A stretch of DNA of 64,000 nt from assembly GCA_951406725.2 (NCBI GenBank), contig OX597816.1:17794001-17858000 (forward strand), given 5' to 3'. The position numbers were made by a program, and so were the translations under genes. Below the pieces are notes generated by a model. The model saw only the letters and a program-made list of their open reading frames with translations, was not told the origin of the DNA and ran no database searches. This DNA is from Octopus vulgaris (taxonomy: Eukaryota). Of this stretch, positions 12,600 to 25,424 are shown piece after piece; the first letter of the stretch is position 1, and the number at the start of each line of letters is the position of its first letter.

Positions 12600-13115
12600 G
12601 CTATGCTGACGGAAATAATGTACGAAGAATGAAGCTGCTTGTTACAGATTCACCTTGAAACTGGGCTGTGCATGCACGCTGTGTTATAATGTTCTTGCTC
12701 TCTTCCGTTTTTTTTTTTTTATATAGCCGTGCTTGATTAGAAGTTAAGTGTGTATACTGTGGTCGTTTCAAAAAGATTGGGTTCCAGCTACGCAAGATCT
12801 CCTTGACTGTGTCAAGGAAGATGAAGACGTTTTGGAAACGGTCATAACAGGTAACAAATCGTGCGTCTCTGGCTATGACCCTGAAACCAACCAAGGTTCA
12901 GTTTTCTCACTGGGAGACCACACCTAGACATCATGACGTCAAGAAAATCCAAGACGATGCTACGAAACAGGAGTCCCAATAATGATTCCATTAATGGAAA
13001 TGGTGCTGGATAAAGTGTGTGAATTCAGAAGGGGACTACTTCGAAAGAGATTAAATGGTGAATTGATACATGTACTTTATTTCTAAAGCTTGAGTCCCCA
13101 TACTTTTTGATACTT
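12600..13115 (+). mobile_element. Internally deleted mariner remnant
   Basis: DVLETVITGNKSCVSGYDPET and WIKCVNSEGDYFERD*. Confidence 0.75.
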
Positions 13116-13167
13116 CATGAGCACACCTTATATGTTATGAAATAGATAATTAATATTTTGATACCTA

Positions 13168-13401
13168 CGGCGGCGAGTAGGCAGAAACGATAGGACGCCG
13201 GGCGAAATGCGTAGCCGTATTTCGTCTGTCGTTACATTCTGAGTTCAAATTTCGCTGAGGTCGACTTTGCCTTTCATCCTTTCGGGGTCAATTAAATAAG
13301 TACCAGTTACGCACTGGGGTCGATGTAATCGACCTAATCCGTTTGTCTGTCCTTGTTTGTCTTTTCTGTGTTTAGCCCCTTGTGGGTAGTAAAGAAATAG
13401 G
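13168..13401 (+). mobile_element. SINE family B with 16-bp target-site duplication
   Basis: TAATATTTTGATACCT at 13151-13166 and 13407-13422. Confidence 0.92.
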
Positions 13402-13422
13402 ATATTTAATATTTTGATACCT

Positions 13423-13640
13423 GAAGGCGATGAGCTGACAGACTCGTTAGCATGCCGGACAAACGTCTTAGCGGCATTTCGTCCGTTTTCACGTTCTGAG
13501 TTCAAATTCCGCCGAGGTTGACTTCGCCTTTCATCCTTTAGGTGACGATAAAATAAGTACCAGTTGAGCACTGGAGGGCGATGAAATCGACTTAGCCACT
13601 CCGAACTCACTGGCCTTGTGCCAAAATTTGAAACCAGTAT
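13423..13640 (+). mobile_element. Older SINE family B variant
   Basis: Same head and core; tail GGCCTTGTGCCAAAATTTGAAACC. Confidence 0.85.
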
Positions 13641-13811
13641 TTTAACAGTTGAATTAATGTATTCAGTCTAGTCCATACACTCTAAAAATCGCTCAGAATT
13701 AGACCTTTCCATAAATCAAGGTATTGACAAAAAACAAGAATTAATGAACAATTATTTAAATAAAAACATAAACAGTAAGGAGAATTCATTGATGAATCTA
13801 GTATTTAGCAT

Positions 13812-14025
13812 ATACGAGGGGATGCTGAAAGGTTCTGGCTTTAAGTGTATCACGAAGGGCCTGGTTGGTGACTCAAACTTCCGAGTTTTTTTTACAGGGC
13901 ATAGAAAAACCGAAGGACCGTTGCAGAATTTGAGAGGGGAATACGTTGAATAAAAATCATAATTAACTGATCCTCCTGTATTTTCATTTACCCAAAACCA
14001 GGAACTTTTGTGTACGCCTTCGTAT
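13812..14025. mobile_element. Mariner-derived MITE
   Basis: TIRs TACGAGGGGATGCTGAAAGGTTCTGG / CCAGGAACTTTTGTGTACGCCTTCGTA; related copy at 21557-21892. Confidence 0.75.
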
Positions 14026-14607
14026 ATATTTACAAAGTAAAAGTTTTTCAAACTGTTTTGTGTACGATAAAATCAAAGGCATATTCATGGAAAGTTGCTT
14101 ACCGCGAAGAGAGCAAAGTGTAACCTTTCTATATAATTCATTAACTATATTAGATTGTAAAGTATATAATTTCAGGTTTAAATAGATTTTGATTTTCATC
14201 CCCGTATTTCGAATTCCGTTAATTTACTAACGGTATTAGTTAAAGGTCAAATCAATTTTGATCTTCGTCTTTATATGGTCACCGAAATATATAACTATGT
14301 TAAATTACTAATGATATTAGTTCACGGTCAGATATATTTTGAGATTTTACATATTGCCAATAAACTATATTAGTGCACTAATTCTATTTATTCGTGGTTA
14401 AATCAATTTTGATATTTTCCATATTGTCAACTAAATGAATGTATGGAAATTGTTTCCATACATGGAGAATGAATAAGGGCACAAACACACACACACACAC
14501 AGACTCATACACCCTTACACACACTCAAACACAAACATGCAACTGCGTACACATATATACGAATGCATTTGTGTACGCACACATACACATGCACACACAC
14601 ACATGTG

Positions 14608-16285
14608 TTTGAGGATTTACCCAAAAGTAAACGGAAACGTTCTCTGGGGGCAAGCCAGTTGCAGTTCAGACTTCCACCGCTAGAAACTACTTGATGCGAT
14701 CCTCAGGCATCAGGCTGCCGAACTGCGTCATCGGGTAAAGACATACTGCAACGTGGTGCGTCATTGTTGTGTAGCGCTTCTCCCCTCTTCGTCAATTTTT
14801 ACGATGACTGCAAAGAAGGAACTACGTGCTTCCGTGAAGTTTTGTTTTCTGCTGGAGAAAACGGCGGCCAAAACAGCTGTCATATTTCTAACAGCTTACA
14901 AGGACGCTGCCATGAACTAAGCACAACTTTACGAGTGGTTTTCACAACTTTAGTAATCTTTACTTGTCGCTTGAACATCAACTTTGTCCAGGGAGAACGT
15001 CGATCTTCCGAACGAATAATAGCATTTCGAAAATTCATGATCTGATCTTTGAAGATCGTCGCCGAACAATTGACGAACTTGTTGATATGGCTGATGTGTT
15101 CTGGAGCTCCTGCCAACGAATTTTGAGCGAGGAGTTGCGTATGAAAAGAATTGCAGCAAACTGTGTGCCTTACTTGCTCATGAAAGATCACAAGCAGTCT
15201 TGAATACGTGTCGTGAACTGAAAGAACAGTTGGACATTGATCCGAACCTTTTTACGAAGGTTATCAGTGGCGATGAAAGCTGGTGATACGGCTACGACAT
15301 GGAAATGAAGCAGTCATCAAGTCAATGGAAATATTGAATTTTCTATTCCCTTAAAAAAAGCGCATCAAGTGAAACCCAAATGTGAAGACGAGGCTGATTT
15401 GTTTCATCGATGCGAAAGTAATTGTCCATACAGAATGTGTTTCTCCTGGTGAAACTGTTAATCAGACATTTTGCTTGGAAGTTCTGAAGCATGAGTGAGA
15501 CGAGGTGAGACGAAAACACCCCGACCTATGACAAAGGGGAGAGTGGTAGTTTTATCATGACAACGCGCCTGCGCACACTGCCTTGAGTGCGAGAGAGTTT
15601 TTGACCCAAAATAGCATGACTTCGCTTATTCACCCTTCCTATTCACTAGATCTTGCTCCCTGCGACCTTTCTTTGTTCCTTGAAAGAAAAATTCCTTAAA
15701 GGAAAACGTTTTGCAGACGTTGAAGTGGTACAGAAAAAACAACGGAGGCGTTAAAAGATATTACTTTGCAAGAGATCCAGGACTGCTTCAAACAGTAGAA
15801 AACGTACTTGGACAGATGCATTGCTTCAAATCTTTATATATAAAAAGCTGAAGTTGTCTGTGTATGGCAGACTATCTCCTCCTAGACCCTGCGGCGCAAG
15901 TTGACCAAAATTGTGAGTATGATAGAAGAAGGCTTGCTCTTCCTTCCGTAGAAGAAAAAATTCAAATCGGACCATGTTAAAACAAAAATTATTTACATCA
16001 AAAAGGTGCTTTTTTTCTATGAAAATGCCTATTTTTTGACTGCTGTATCGCCATTTTTCGGTGTATTTCAACCAGAAAAATGTTCACTTAAAGAGAATAA
16101 CAAGCTACATAATGCAAACCTTTTACTTTTCAAAAATTCCAATTATAAAGAGTCGAAACAAACCCGAGCAACGCCGGGCGATACTGCAAGTGAAGAACAG
16201 TTTGAAGACGATAAAAGTCTAAACATGTAAAGAAAACCAAATAAAATATTGCAAAATTCCGGTTTCTTTTGGGTATCTCCTCGTA
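14608..16285 (+). mobile_element. Full-length decayed mariner transposon interrupted by a Helitron-like insert
   Basis: TIRs GAGGATTTACCCAAAAGTAAACGGAA / TTCCGGTTTCTTTTGGGTATCTCCTCGTA; motifs VISGDESW, YHDNAPAH, HPSYSLDLAPCD. Confidence 0.92.
15831..16190 (+). mobile_element. Non-autonomous Helitron-like element
   Basis: 5' TC start, 3' hairpin CCCGAGCAACGCCGGG then CAAG (CTAG-like); inserted between A and T with no TSD. Confidence 0.8.
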
Positions 16286-16796
16286 TATTTGCATTTTTGT
16301 TACGTATGCATATTTGACATTAACTCTACACACATTACAAAGTATTACTACTGCGTTTGCGGCAGAAGTTGATCGAAGACTGGAGTAGGGTGATTTTTGA
16401 TTGCAGAGAAGGATGAAAACGTACCCGCAAGAAACTACTAGATGTTCATAATGAAGGAAAATACATTACGCAACTACAGAATATGAGGAGGTTATGAATA
16501 AATAATTAACAGCACTGTCACTTGTTGCCCAGTTTAGCCAACAGGGAATATATTTACAAGTACAGCTTGGTTAAGGATTTCATAATCTTGAAATTATGCA
16601 GGCGTTATGAAATATCAACACAACAGAGTTGTTATAAATATACACGGAGAAATGATATTAGTGATTGACGAAAGCGCCATACATCTGGAGATGTGAATTC
16701 ACACAGAATAGATGATCGGGTCTAATCATTGAATGTTCTTTTATTAAGAAGCACAGCAAAAGAAAGTAGCATCTAACTGAAGTATATGTCCCAACG

Positions 16797-17181
16797 TGGA
16801 GGCGCAATGGCCCAGTGGTTAGGGCAGTGGACTCACGGTCCTAGGATCGCGGTTTCGATTCCCAGACCGGGCGTTGTGAGTGTTTATTGAGCGAAAACAC
16901 CTAAAGCTCCACGAGGCTCCGGCAGGGGATGGTGGTGATCCCTGCTGTACTCTTTCACCACAACTTTCTCTCACTCTTACTTCCTGTTTCTGTTGTACCT
17001 GTATTTCAAAGGGCCGGCATTGTCACTCTCTGTGTCACGCTGAATATCCCCGAGAACTACGTTAAGGGTACATGTGTCTGTGGAGTGCTCAGCCACTTAC
17101 ACGTTAATTTCACGAGCAGGCTGTTCCGTTGATTCGAATCAACCGGAACCCTCATCGTCGTAACCGACGGAGTGCTTCCAC
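16797..17181 (+). mobile_element. SINE family C, full length, 12-bp TSD
   Basis: TSD ATGTCCCAACGT; A-box TGGCCCAGTGG, B-box-like GGTTTCGATTCC. Confidence 0.93.
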
Positions 17182-17358
17182 ATGTCCCAACGTACGATAA
17201 GATTTTTCTATAAGAAATTAAGATTTTGTTCAAGTTATAGAATTGGCGATGACTGGACTGTGGAGACTGAGAGTAGAGACGTAGCATATAATAAATATTA
17301 TCAGAAAAGATAAATTACATGCAGACATATATTAACACGTATTCAAAGCTCTAGGAGA

Positions 17359-17524
17359 GCAGGAGTGGCTGTGTGGTAAGTAGCTTGCTCACCAACCACA
17401 TGGTTCCGGTTTCAGTCCCACTGCGTAGCACCTTGGGCAAGTGTCTTCTACTATAGCCTCGGGCCGACCAATACCTTGTGAGTGGATTTGGTAGACGAAA
17501 GCTGAAAAAAGTCCGTCGTATATA

Positions 17525-17569
<45 letters not shown>

Positions 17570-17797
17570 TATGTGTTTATATATATATTGTTTATATGTC
17601 TGTCCCCCACCAACATCGCTTGACAACCGATGCTGGTGTGTTTACGCCCCCGTAACTTAGCGGTTTGGCAAAAGAGACAGATAGAATAAGTACTAGGGTT
17701 ACAAAGAAAATATCCTGGGGTCGATTTGCTTGACTTAAGGCGGTGCTCCAGCATGGCCGCAGACACATTACTGAAACAGGTAAAAGAATAAAAGAGT
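17359..17797 (+). mobile_element. SINE family A, full length
   Basis: Head, CACCTTGGGCAAGTG, internal TA repeat, tail GGCGGTGCTCCAGCATGGCCGCAG and AAAAGA repeats. Confidence 0.92.
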
Positions 17798-18304
17798 ATA
17801 CTGCGGAATGGAGTTATTTGAAGAAAATATAATATTTTGCTTCCTCTTATTGCTTGTTACTAAAGTTTCTTACAGAATTGTTTAAATGTGTTGTTAAAAT
17901 TTAGTATTATATATCTATGATAGTATAATTTCAATACATAGAGTAAAATTTGTAAATATAACTTTGATTATCAACTCAAAGAAAATATCCTGGGGTCGAT
18001 TTGCTTGAAGTATATGTGTGGAAAGAATTTGTCAAGTTCTTCAACTACCAGAGAAAAAGAAAAACATTTGAATACTTCTGTCAGTATCTAAAGCACTTCT
18101 TGCATAAAAGATACAAACTTTTGTTAAAATATGATGTCAATATAACTTGTTAATAATATTTTTCTATTGATGTTTTTATAACTTTGGTATCTTTGTAAAA
18201 GCTTGTATAACATGACATATATCCCCTTTGATTATCCAGCCCGGCTACTTTGAACATCGTTCCAAGTAACACTGATCACTATTTCCGGCAGTAAGCAAGC
18301 CCTC

Positions 18305-19170
18305 CACCACCCAGTTCCACACATGTACTTCAACAACTTGACGTGGCATTCTATGGGTCTTTGAAAAAAAATTGGAGAAAAATCTTAAGTGACTGGAAGG
18401 CTTATAACAGGAAGAACTAAAGATGCTTTTCCTGCTCTGCTCACACAGCAGCACACTGGTCACTTTCCTGAGAGTGTCACTCACGGCAATAATTTGGAAA
18501 GTGGGTTCATGAAATGTGGAATACCCCCTTGTCATTCAGACAAAGTTTGGGATCAGCTACCAGACCATGACGTGAGCAAAACAGACGATGAAGTCATCAA
18601 TGTAAGAGTTTCGGATTTTGTGTTGGGAATGCTAAAGTCAATGAGAGAAGTAGATGAGAGCAAACCAAAGAAAATACGAAAGAAGTTGAACGTTACCCCT
18701 GGCAAAAGTATAATTGTTGAGGACATCAGTGCTTCTGGTAGGGAATGATGGCCACCAGTTCATCAACGGTTATAGAGAAGCATGGAGAAAGAGAGCAGCA
18801 AGAGAATTTGTAACATGAAGAGCTAAACTCTGTGGATAGTAATGTTTCAATGAATGAATGTGACAGACACTCCAGTATTTCAGACAGGGCAAGAGCAGAA
18901 ACTACAGAAAGACAAAGTAATTTTGTTGGAAACTTTGTCATTGAGAGGTAGGAAGGGCAAATATTTGCCGGTCAAGTGATCTCAACTGGAAGTGATGGAG
19001 CACTTGTGTCATCATTGACAAAATGTAGAAAGATAGGGTTGAGGTGGCCACTGAAGGAGGATAGACTAGTCTACGACTGGAAAGATGTAGAAATGAAAAC
19101 TAAGGAGATTCCACTGAACAACAGGGATTTCTATCGATTCCCTGACCTTGAACAAGAATGGGGAATATAA
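18305..19170 (+). mobile_element. pogo/Tigger-like transposase C-terminal fragment
   Basis: PPSSTHVLQQLDVAFYGSLKKNWRKIL then NNLESGFMKCGIPP and KKLNVTPGKSI. Confidence 0.8.
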
Positions 19171-19324
19171 AATGTGACTTAATGATAACTGTGTGACATT
19201 TTCTTTAGTGCTATAACACTTAAAGCTGTTCATTGACTTTTCTTTTGTATTTGTTAAAAAAAAAATCATTTTTGGTCAAAGTGACCTCAAATCAGCGACA
19301 ATTATATAAAAAAAGTAATCAAAT

Positions 19325-19920
19325 ATTTATTTCTTTATTGCTAACAGGGGGCTAAGCATAGAGGGGACAAACAAAGGGATTAAGTCGGTTGCATCGACAC
19401 CAGTGCGTAACTGGTACTTATTTTATCGATTTCGAAAGGATGAAAGGTAAAGACGACCTCGGCGAAATTTAAACACAGCACGTAAAACCAGACGCAATAC
19501 CTATTTCTTTACTACCCACAAGGAGCTAAACATAGAGGGGACAAACAAGGACAGACAAACGGATAAAGTCGATTACATCGACCCAAATGCGTAACTGGTA
19601 CTTATTTTATCGATCCCGAAAGGATGAAAGGTAAAGTCGACCTCAGCTAAATTTGAACTCTGAACGTAACGGCAGACGAAATACCCATTTCTTTACTACC
19701 CACAAGGGGCTAAACACAGAGGGGACAAACAAGGACAGACACACGGATTAAGTCGATTACATCAACCCCAGTGAGTAACTGGTACTTGTTTAATCGACCC
19801 CGAAAGGATGAAAGGCAAAGTCGAGCTCGGCGGAATTTGAACTCAGAACGTAACGGCAGACGAAAAACCGCTAAGCATTTCACCCGGCGTGCTAACGTTT
19901 CTGCCAACTCGCCGCCTTAA
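19325..19920 (-). mobile_element. SINE family B trimer (one head, three bodies)
   Basis: About 180-bp units joined at GACGAAATAC|C(T/C)ATTTCTTTACTACCCAC-type junctions near 19500 and 19685. Confidence 0.9.
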
Positions 19921-20120
19921 AAGTAATGAAATATTGCCTGCAACCTTTTATTTCATAAGTAGCCCCATTTCACGGTATAAAAATACTAAATAAAAACGTG
20001 CTCAAGGAGTGATGCAGATATATTCTGTGAAAAAAATTTAATAAAATAGATAACACAAATTCAAAACAAATCGATACAGATACCCAAGAGGCCAAGAGTT
20101 GCCTTTAAAGCATGTAGTCG

Positions 20121-20495
20121 TGCAATGGCCCAATGGTTACAGCAGCAGACTCGTGGTCATAGGATCGCGGTTTCGATTCCCAGACCGGTCGTTGTGAGTG
20201 TTTATTGAGCGAAAACACCTAAAGCTCCACGCGGTTCCGGCAGGGGGTGGTGGCGAATCCTACTGTACTCTTTCATCACAAATTTCTCTCACTCTTTCTT
20301 CCTGTTTCTTTTGTACCTGTATTTCAAAGGGGCAAGACATGTCACACTCTGTGTCACGCTGACTCTCCCCGAGGACTACGTTAATGGTACACGTGTCTGT
20401 GGAGTGCTCAGCCACTTGAATGTTAATTTCACGAACAGGCTGTTCCGTTGACCGGATCAACTGGAATCCTCGTCGTCGTAACGACGGAGTGCCAC
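20121..20495 (+). mobile_element. SINE family C
   Basis: Colinear with 16797-17181. Confidence 0.9.
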
Positions 20496-21556
20496 GAACC
20501 TGGCATTGTTGTTGTCTTGCAGATCTTAAAGTCGGTCAGTAATCAGCGATAATAAAAGATGGTCATAAATCCTAGTGCAACATTGTATTTTGTTAAGAAT
20601 CTTCCTCAGAATTTCCAGAATATTCTTCATAGTATTAAGTGTAATTATTGTTGGTGCAACCGCACATTTGCATCTCAGAACGTCATTCGAATGCTGTACT
20701 GCTCGGCCACATTCTAAAATTTCGTTCATGACAATTTCCTCCTTGTAGAATTGCATTCAGTCAGTGGTAGACCGTCATCACTTCGTAAGAGTTGCATTTA
20801 TTACCTTCACATAAAGTATTTTAGGCAGCAGCAGAAAAGCTGGAGAAAAATACTCTAACATTGCTGCAAAATGCAATGAGTTGGGGACCGTGGGATATAA
20901 ATAAATAGCGATTGGAAATTGGGAAGAGAAACGCAAAATGATTGATGCGATTCGGTATGCTACGTATCTTCAATGTCAACGGAATGTCCATTGAGGAAAA
21001 ACATGATTCAAAACAGGTTTTAAAACGTGACATTTTGACTAAAGACTAAACGTAGGCGAACAGTTCGCTGATTCTACAAATTTTAAATCATTTATTTTTT
21101 GCTCATTTAACTTTTAAAATGGCGAATAAATGGTATATTTTTTTAAAGGAAGATATCTATATTTTCGTTGTTCTGCAGCGATGTAATATATAGAGTCTTA
21201 GTAAAATATGATACATTCCCTAGAACATAGATATAACTTTAAAACAAAACAGTATTTATTAGAATGACTTCGATATATTGTTTTTATTTTATTTGAATCA
21301 ATATTTTGATATTCCCACAGGCACAGTTATACATGCAGACATTCTAATACATACACACTCACACAATCACACACGCACAGATACACACTTTCTCTCTCTC
21401 ACTCTTACAAGCATACACGCACACACGCATACACACACATCTAGTTGTACTCTAACCCTTGACAGAGTAGCAGACCTGTCGTCGCGATATGTGGTGTGCT
21501 TTGGATTAGACCTCCTAATCACCAAAGAAACTAATATTTCTGAACCATTCCTTTAT

Positions 21557-21892
21557 GTACGATGGGTGCTGGAGGGTTCCAGGCTTGGGCAAATGCAAAT
21601 ACAAGAGGATCAATTAATTATGATTTTATTCAACATATTTCTCTCTCAGATTCTCACATACGATGCGTGAATCTGAGCGATGGGTGCTGGAAAGATCCAG
21701 GCTTCGGTAAAAGAAAATACAAGAGGATCAGTTAATTATGATTTTATTCAACATATTCCCCTCTCAGATCCACGCATATTCCCCTTCAGAATTTTCAAGC
21801 CGTGCAAAGGAACTTGAAAAGTAGAGTTGAGCCTCCTAACAGGCCTTTCGTAATACACTTAAACCCAGGAACTTTTCAGCGCCCACACGTAG
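21557..21892. mobile_element. Mariner-derived MITE with duplicated left end
   Basis: CGATGGGTGCTGGA at about 21560 and 21678; right TIR CCAGGAACTTTTCAGCGCCCACACGTA. Confidence 0.7.
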
Positions 21893-22264
21893 TCTTGTCG
21901 GTGAATTGTTAATCTCCTTTCAGAAATGGTTATGTATCACTGCAGTTGGCCAATAACTGGAGTGATGACAGACGCAGGCATTAATAGCCACAAAACATTT
22001 CATTCAATAGTTAGATGTAATTCCTTCACTTTTCATCTCATATTGTTATAATTATTGGTATTGTTATGTTGATCGTAAATACACGATCGGCCATTATGTT
22101 ACGGAAAATTATGTCAGCTTAATCACATATCATCAAGACTGCATATATGTTAAACTTTTAGTACTACTTACACATTTCCGTTTTCTAAAACAGATGGAGA
22201 TTCATATAATAGACATGCAACTTTTGCTTGAAACAGGTAAAATTTAGTAGCCAGACGTTTGTAT

Positions 22265-23050
22265 GTCTTTCATTTTTTACTTGATTCAGCCATCTGACTG
22301 CGGCCTTGCTGGGGCACTGCTTTGAATGGAATTTAGTCGAAGTAATCGACTCCAGTAATTTTTTTTTTTAAACATAGTATTTATTTTTTGGTGTCTTTTG
22401 CTGAAGCGATACGTGACAAGGACGTAAACACACCAATACCAGTGGCGGGGAACAGACAGGCACACACAGACACGACCAGCTTCTTTTATTGCCCACAAAG
22501 GGCTAAACATAGAGGGGACAAACAAGAACGGACAAACGGATTAAGTCGATTACATCGACTGCAGTGCGTAACTGGTACTTAATTTACTGACCCCGAAAGG
22601 ATGAAAGGCAAAGTCAATCTCGGCGGAATTTGAACTCAGAACGTAACGGTAGACGAAATACCTATTTATTTACTACCCACAAGGGGCTTAACACAGAGAG
22701 GACAAACAAGGACAGACAAACGGATTAAGTCGATTACATCGACCCCAGTGCGAAACTGGTACTTTATTTATCGACTCCGAAAGGATGAAAGGCAAAGACG
22801 ACCTCGGCGGGATTTGAACTCAGAACGTAAGGACAGACAAAATACTACTAAGCATTTCGCCCAGCGTGCTAACGTTTCTGCCAGCTCGCCGCCCTTTTTC
22901 TGTTCCCCTTTACTAATTCCCTCCACAAGGCTTTGATCGAACCGTGGCTATAGTAGAAGACACTCGCCTAAGGAGCAATACAGTGGGACTGAACCAAGAA
23001 CCAAGTGTTTAGGATAAAGGCTTCTTAACCACGCAGACACGCCTGCGGCT
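22265..23050 (-). mobile_element. Old SINE family A split by a family B dimer (about 22480-22893)
   Basis: A 3' half at 22265-22475, A 5' half at 22900-23050, B dimer between them. Confidence 0.8.
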
Positions 23051-23629
23051 ATGTAGAGCAGATATTTTACATTATTATGTCTACAAGTGTAGTTGGATGT
23101 CGTTGGGATTTACTAACATAGCGTTGTTAAGTGTCTCAAGAAATGCTCCACACAGATGGCATTTTTCATGCATATTACGGAATATGTGAATAACCTGTTT
23201 TAATATATTAAGTGTTGCTTGTCAATATCTGTACTATAAAATTTGTTACTTCTGATTTCTCACTGAAGTGCATTCGAATAGGAACACTCTTTGATATTTC
23301 CTTAGCACCGACTTAAAAAGCATTTTCTTTGCCGCTATTGGAAATATCTGTGAATCAGCCATTAGTTAACATCAAAGAAATTATTTTTCTCAAATAAGAT
23401 AACCACTACAAAAAAAAAAAGAGAAATAAATAATATCTAAAAATTTTATATGGAAAATTCCTCGAAGTTTTTGGCAAAGCAAATGAGATTATGCTACTAT
23501 CTTATATTATTTACCATTTACCTTTTATCACTCCACCCCTTGTTTACGTCATGGGGTTGCGGTCATGATAGGGCACTGCTTTGAAGGGTTTAGGCCATTT
23601 GTTCTTAACCATGGTCGTATGTGGTCCGT

Positions 23630-23950
23630 GGTTATACTTCGACAATGCAGCTGTGACAGGTTATACAAAGGCGATACATGCGGCCCCCTCAAAATAAGAG
23701 TAGACGAACATCGCTAAGCTGTAATACGAGGAGATATTGATAAATCGGGTATAGCCGATCATGTATGGGAAAATGGAGACCATCTCCCCCTGTGGGATGA
23801 AGTTAAAATAATAGACAGAGAACACCACTGGAAAATATGTAAACTAAAAGAAGCAGCACATATGTATAGGACACAACAACCTCCTAAGCAGACCGAGTGC
23901 AGATATGAATAGCATATGGGGACCGGTATTAAGGAATGATAGGAAAATAC
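23630..23950 (+). mobile_element. Penelope-like element GIY-YIG endonuclease fragment (pseudogenised)
   Basis: From 23643: QCSCDRLYKGDTCGPLKIRVDEHR*AVIRGDIDKSGIADHVWENGDHLPLWDEVKIIDREHHWKICKLKEAAHM, then after a frameshift NLLSRPSADMNSIWGPVLR. Confidence 0.88.
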
Positions 23951-24194
23951 TAGATTTATAGGCCCTAAAATTCATTCTATAATTGCCCACGGCCATATGA
24001 CGTAGTGGTTAAGAGCGCGGGGTACCGATTCCGAGTTCGATTCCAGGCAGTGACCTGAATAATAATAATATTAATATTTTACCCCAGTGTCACTTTGATG
24101 GCATACACTGCTCTCTCACTCAATAATATTAATAATAATAATAACAACATCGAAAATTACCTTAGGAATGAGAACCCAGGTTCGAAATTTCCCC

Positions 24195-24245
24195 AAGACA
24201 CCTAGTGAAGCCTGGAGGGTATATCAGCCGAAACGTTGTATTAAC
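24195..24245 (+). ncRNA. Decayed hammerhead-like motif in Penelope 3' region
   Basis: CTAGTGA-A-GCCTG-GAGGGTATAT-CAGCC-GAAAC-GTT-GTA; core scrambled. Confidence 0.45.
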
Positions 24246-24890
24246 ATCAAACAAGATGAGGACTTATATCCGTAAAATGTAAATAATGCATATTTATTTT
24301 ATTTATTTTGTACAATTCACAAAAATATTTAATTATAAAATTACATTCAGATTGTTTTTTTACTACACAGAGAATTATTATGGAGGTTCTGTAGAGTAAA
24401 ATAGGGACCAGAGGAGGTCCATAGGCTAAAAATGAATCTGGACCAGAGGTTTAGCCGATCGAGTCCCCTCCAGGACTTAATTTGAAGTCTGGTACTTATG
24501 CTATATTTCTCTCGTTTGCCGAACCTCTGTGTCACCAGATATATACAAACCAACCTTGGCTGTCAAGCGGTGGGTAAGCAAACAATGACACAAAGACACA
24601 CACAAATATGCACCCACATATCACGTACACACGCGTATATAAAAATATACTTCAGGTTTCTATTTAGTTTCCGTTTCTAAGTCATTCACACAGTATTGAT
24701 CATTTCGAGGCTATAGTAGTAGCCACATGCCGTGCAATGGGGTCGAACCCGAAACGACTAGGTTGCAAACCGGGCGGCTTAGCCAGAGTCATGATTGAAG
24801 ATTTTGCCTTCACAAATGGTTAATTAGTAAACTACAATACGAAATCAAATCCGTTTGCAATACAACCCCAAAATATATTACATATTAATA

Positions 24891-25424
24891 ACGAGTAAGA
24901 CTTCCCCCCCCCCCGTGCAATGGACGGTGCTGAATCATATCTGCTGATTAAAAACCAATCAGTGTTTTCTTTTCATTAAAAAATAATTAAGCATGCCTTT
25001 ATTTCAATAACATTTTGGGTTTTGTTAAACGAAGTTAAGGCAAAAAAAAGAAGGTCTTGAGAAACCAAATAGTCTTTCCTTCCTTCATGTCAAGTTTGAA
25101 GAAAATATCTCTTTTGCATCTTACATTTTTGGTCTCTTAAATATACTGCATTTTGCGGCATTATTTCAAGCCAGCCGGCTTTTTTTGCGCAAACTGCACG
25201 TGCATTTTTCTCGCAACAGCTGATGTACTTGCGCGTACAAATGCACGTTCCCACTGCTTTATCTATCGCATTCTCACCTGGAATCGATTTTTGTAATTTT
25301 TTCAAGGCTTATACACGCTCTGATACCGTCGGTATCTACATATCAAATTTGAGCGCCATCGGATGGAGAATGCCCGAGATTCTAGAAGACATACATACAG
25401 ACAGAACGGATTATATATAATAGA
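24891..25424 (-). mobile_element. Helitron-like non-autonomous element
   Basis: Minus strand begins ATCTATTATATATAA; hairpin CCGTCCATTGCACGG near the other end. Confidence 0.55.

Noticed and set aside
16797-16875. tRNA gene calls at SINE heads
   Set aside because: No complete cloverleaf; heads run into SINE bodies and have TSDs
19325-19920. CRISPR-like repeat array
   Set aside because: Units are contiguous SINE bodies with no unique spacers; eukaryotic context and no cas genes
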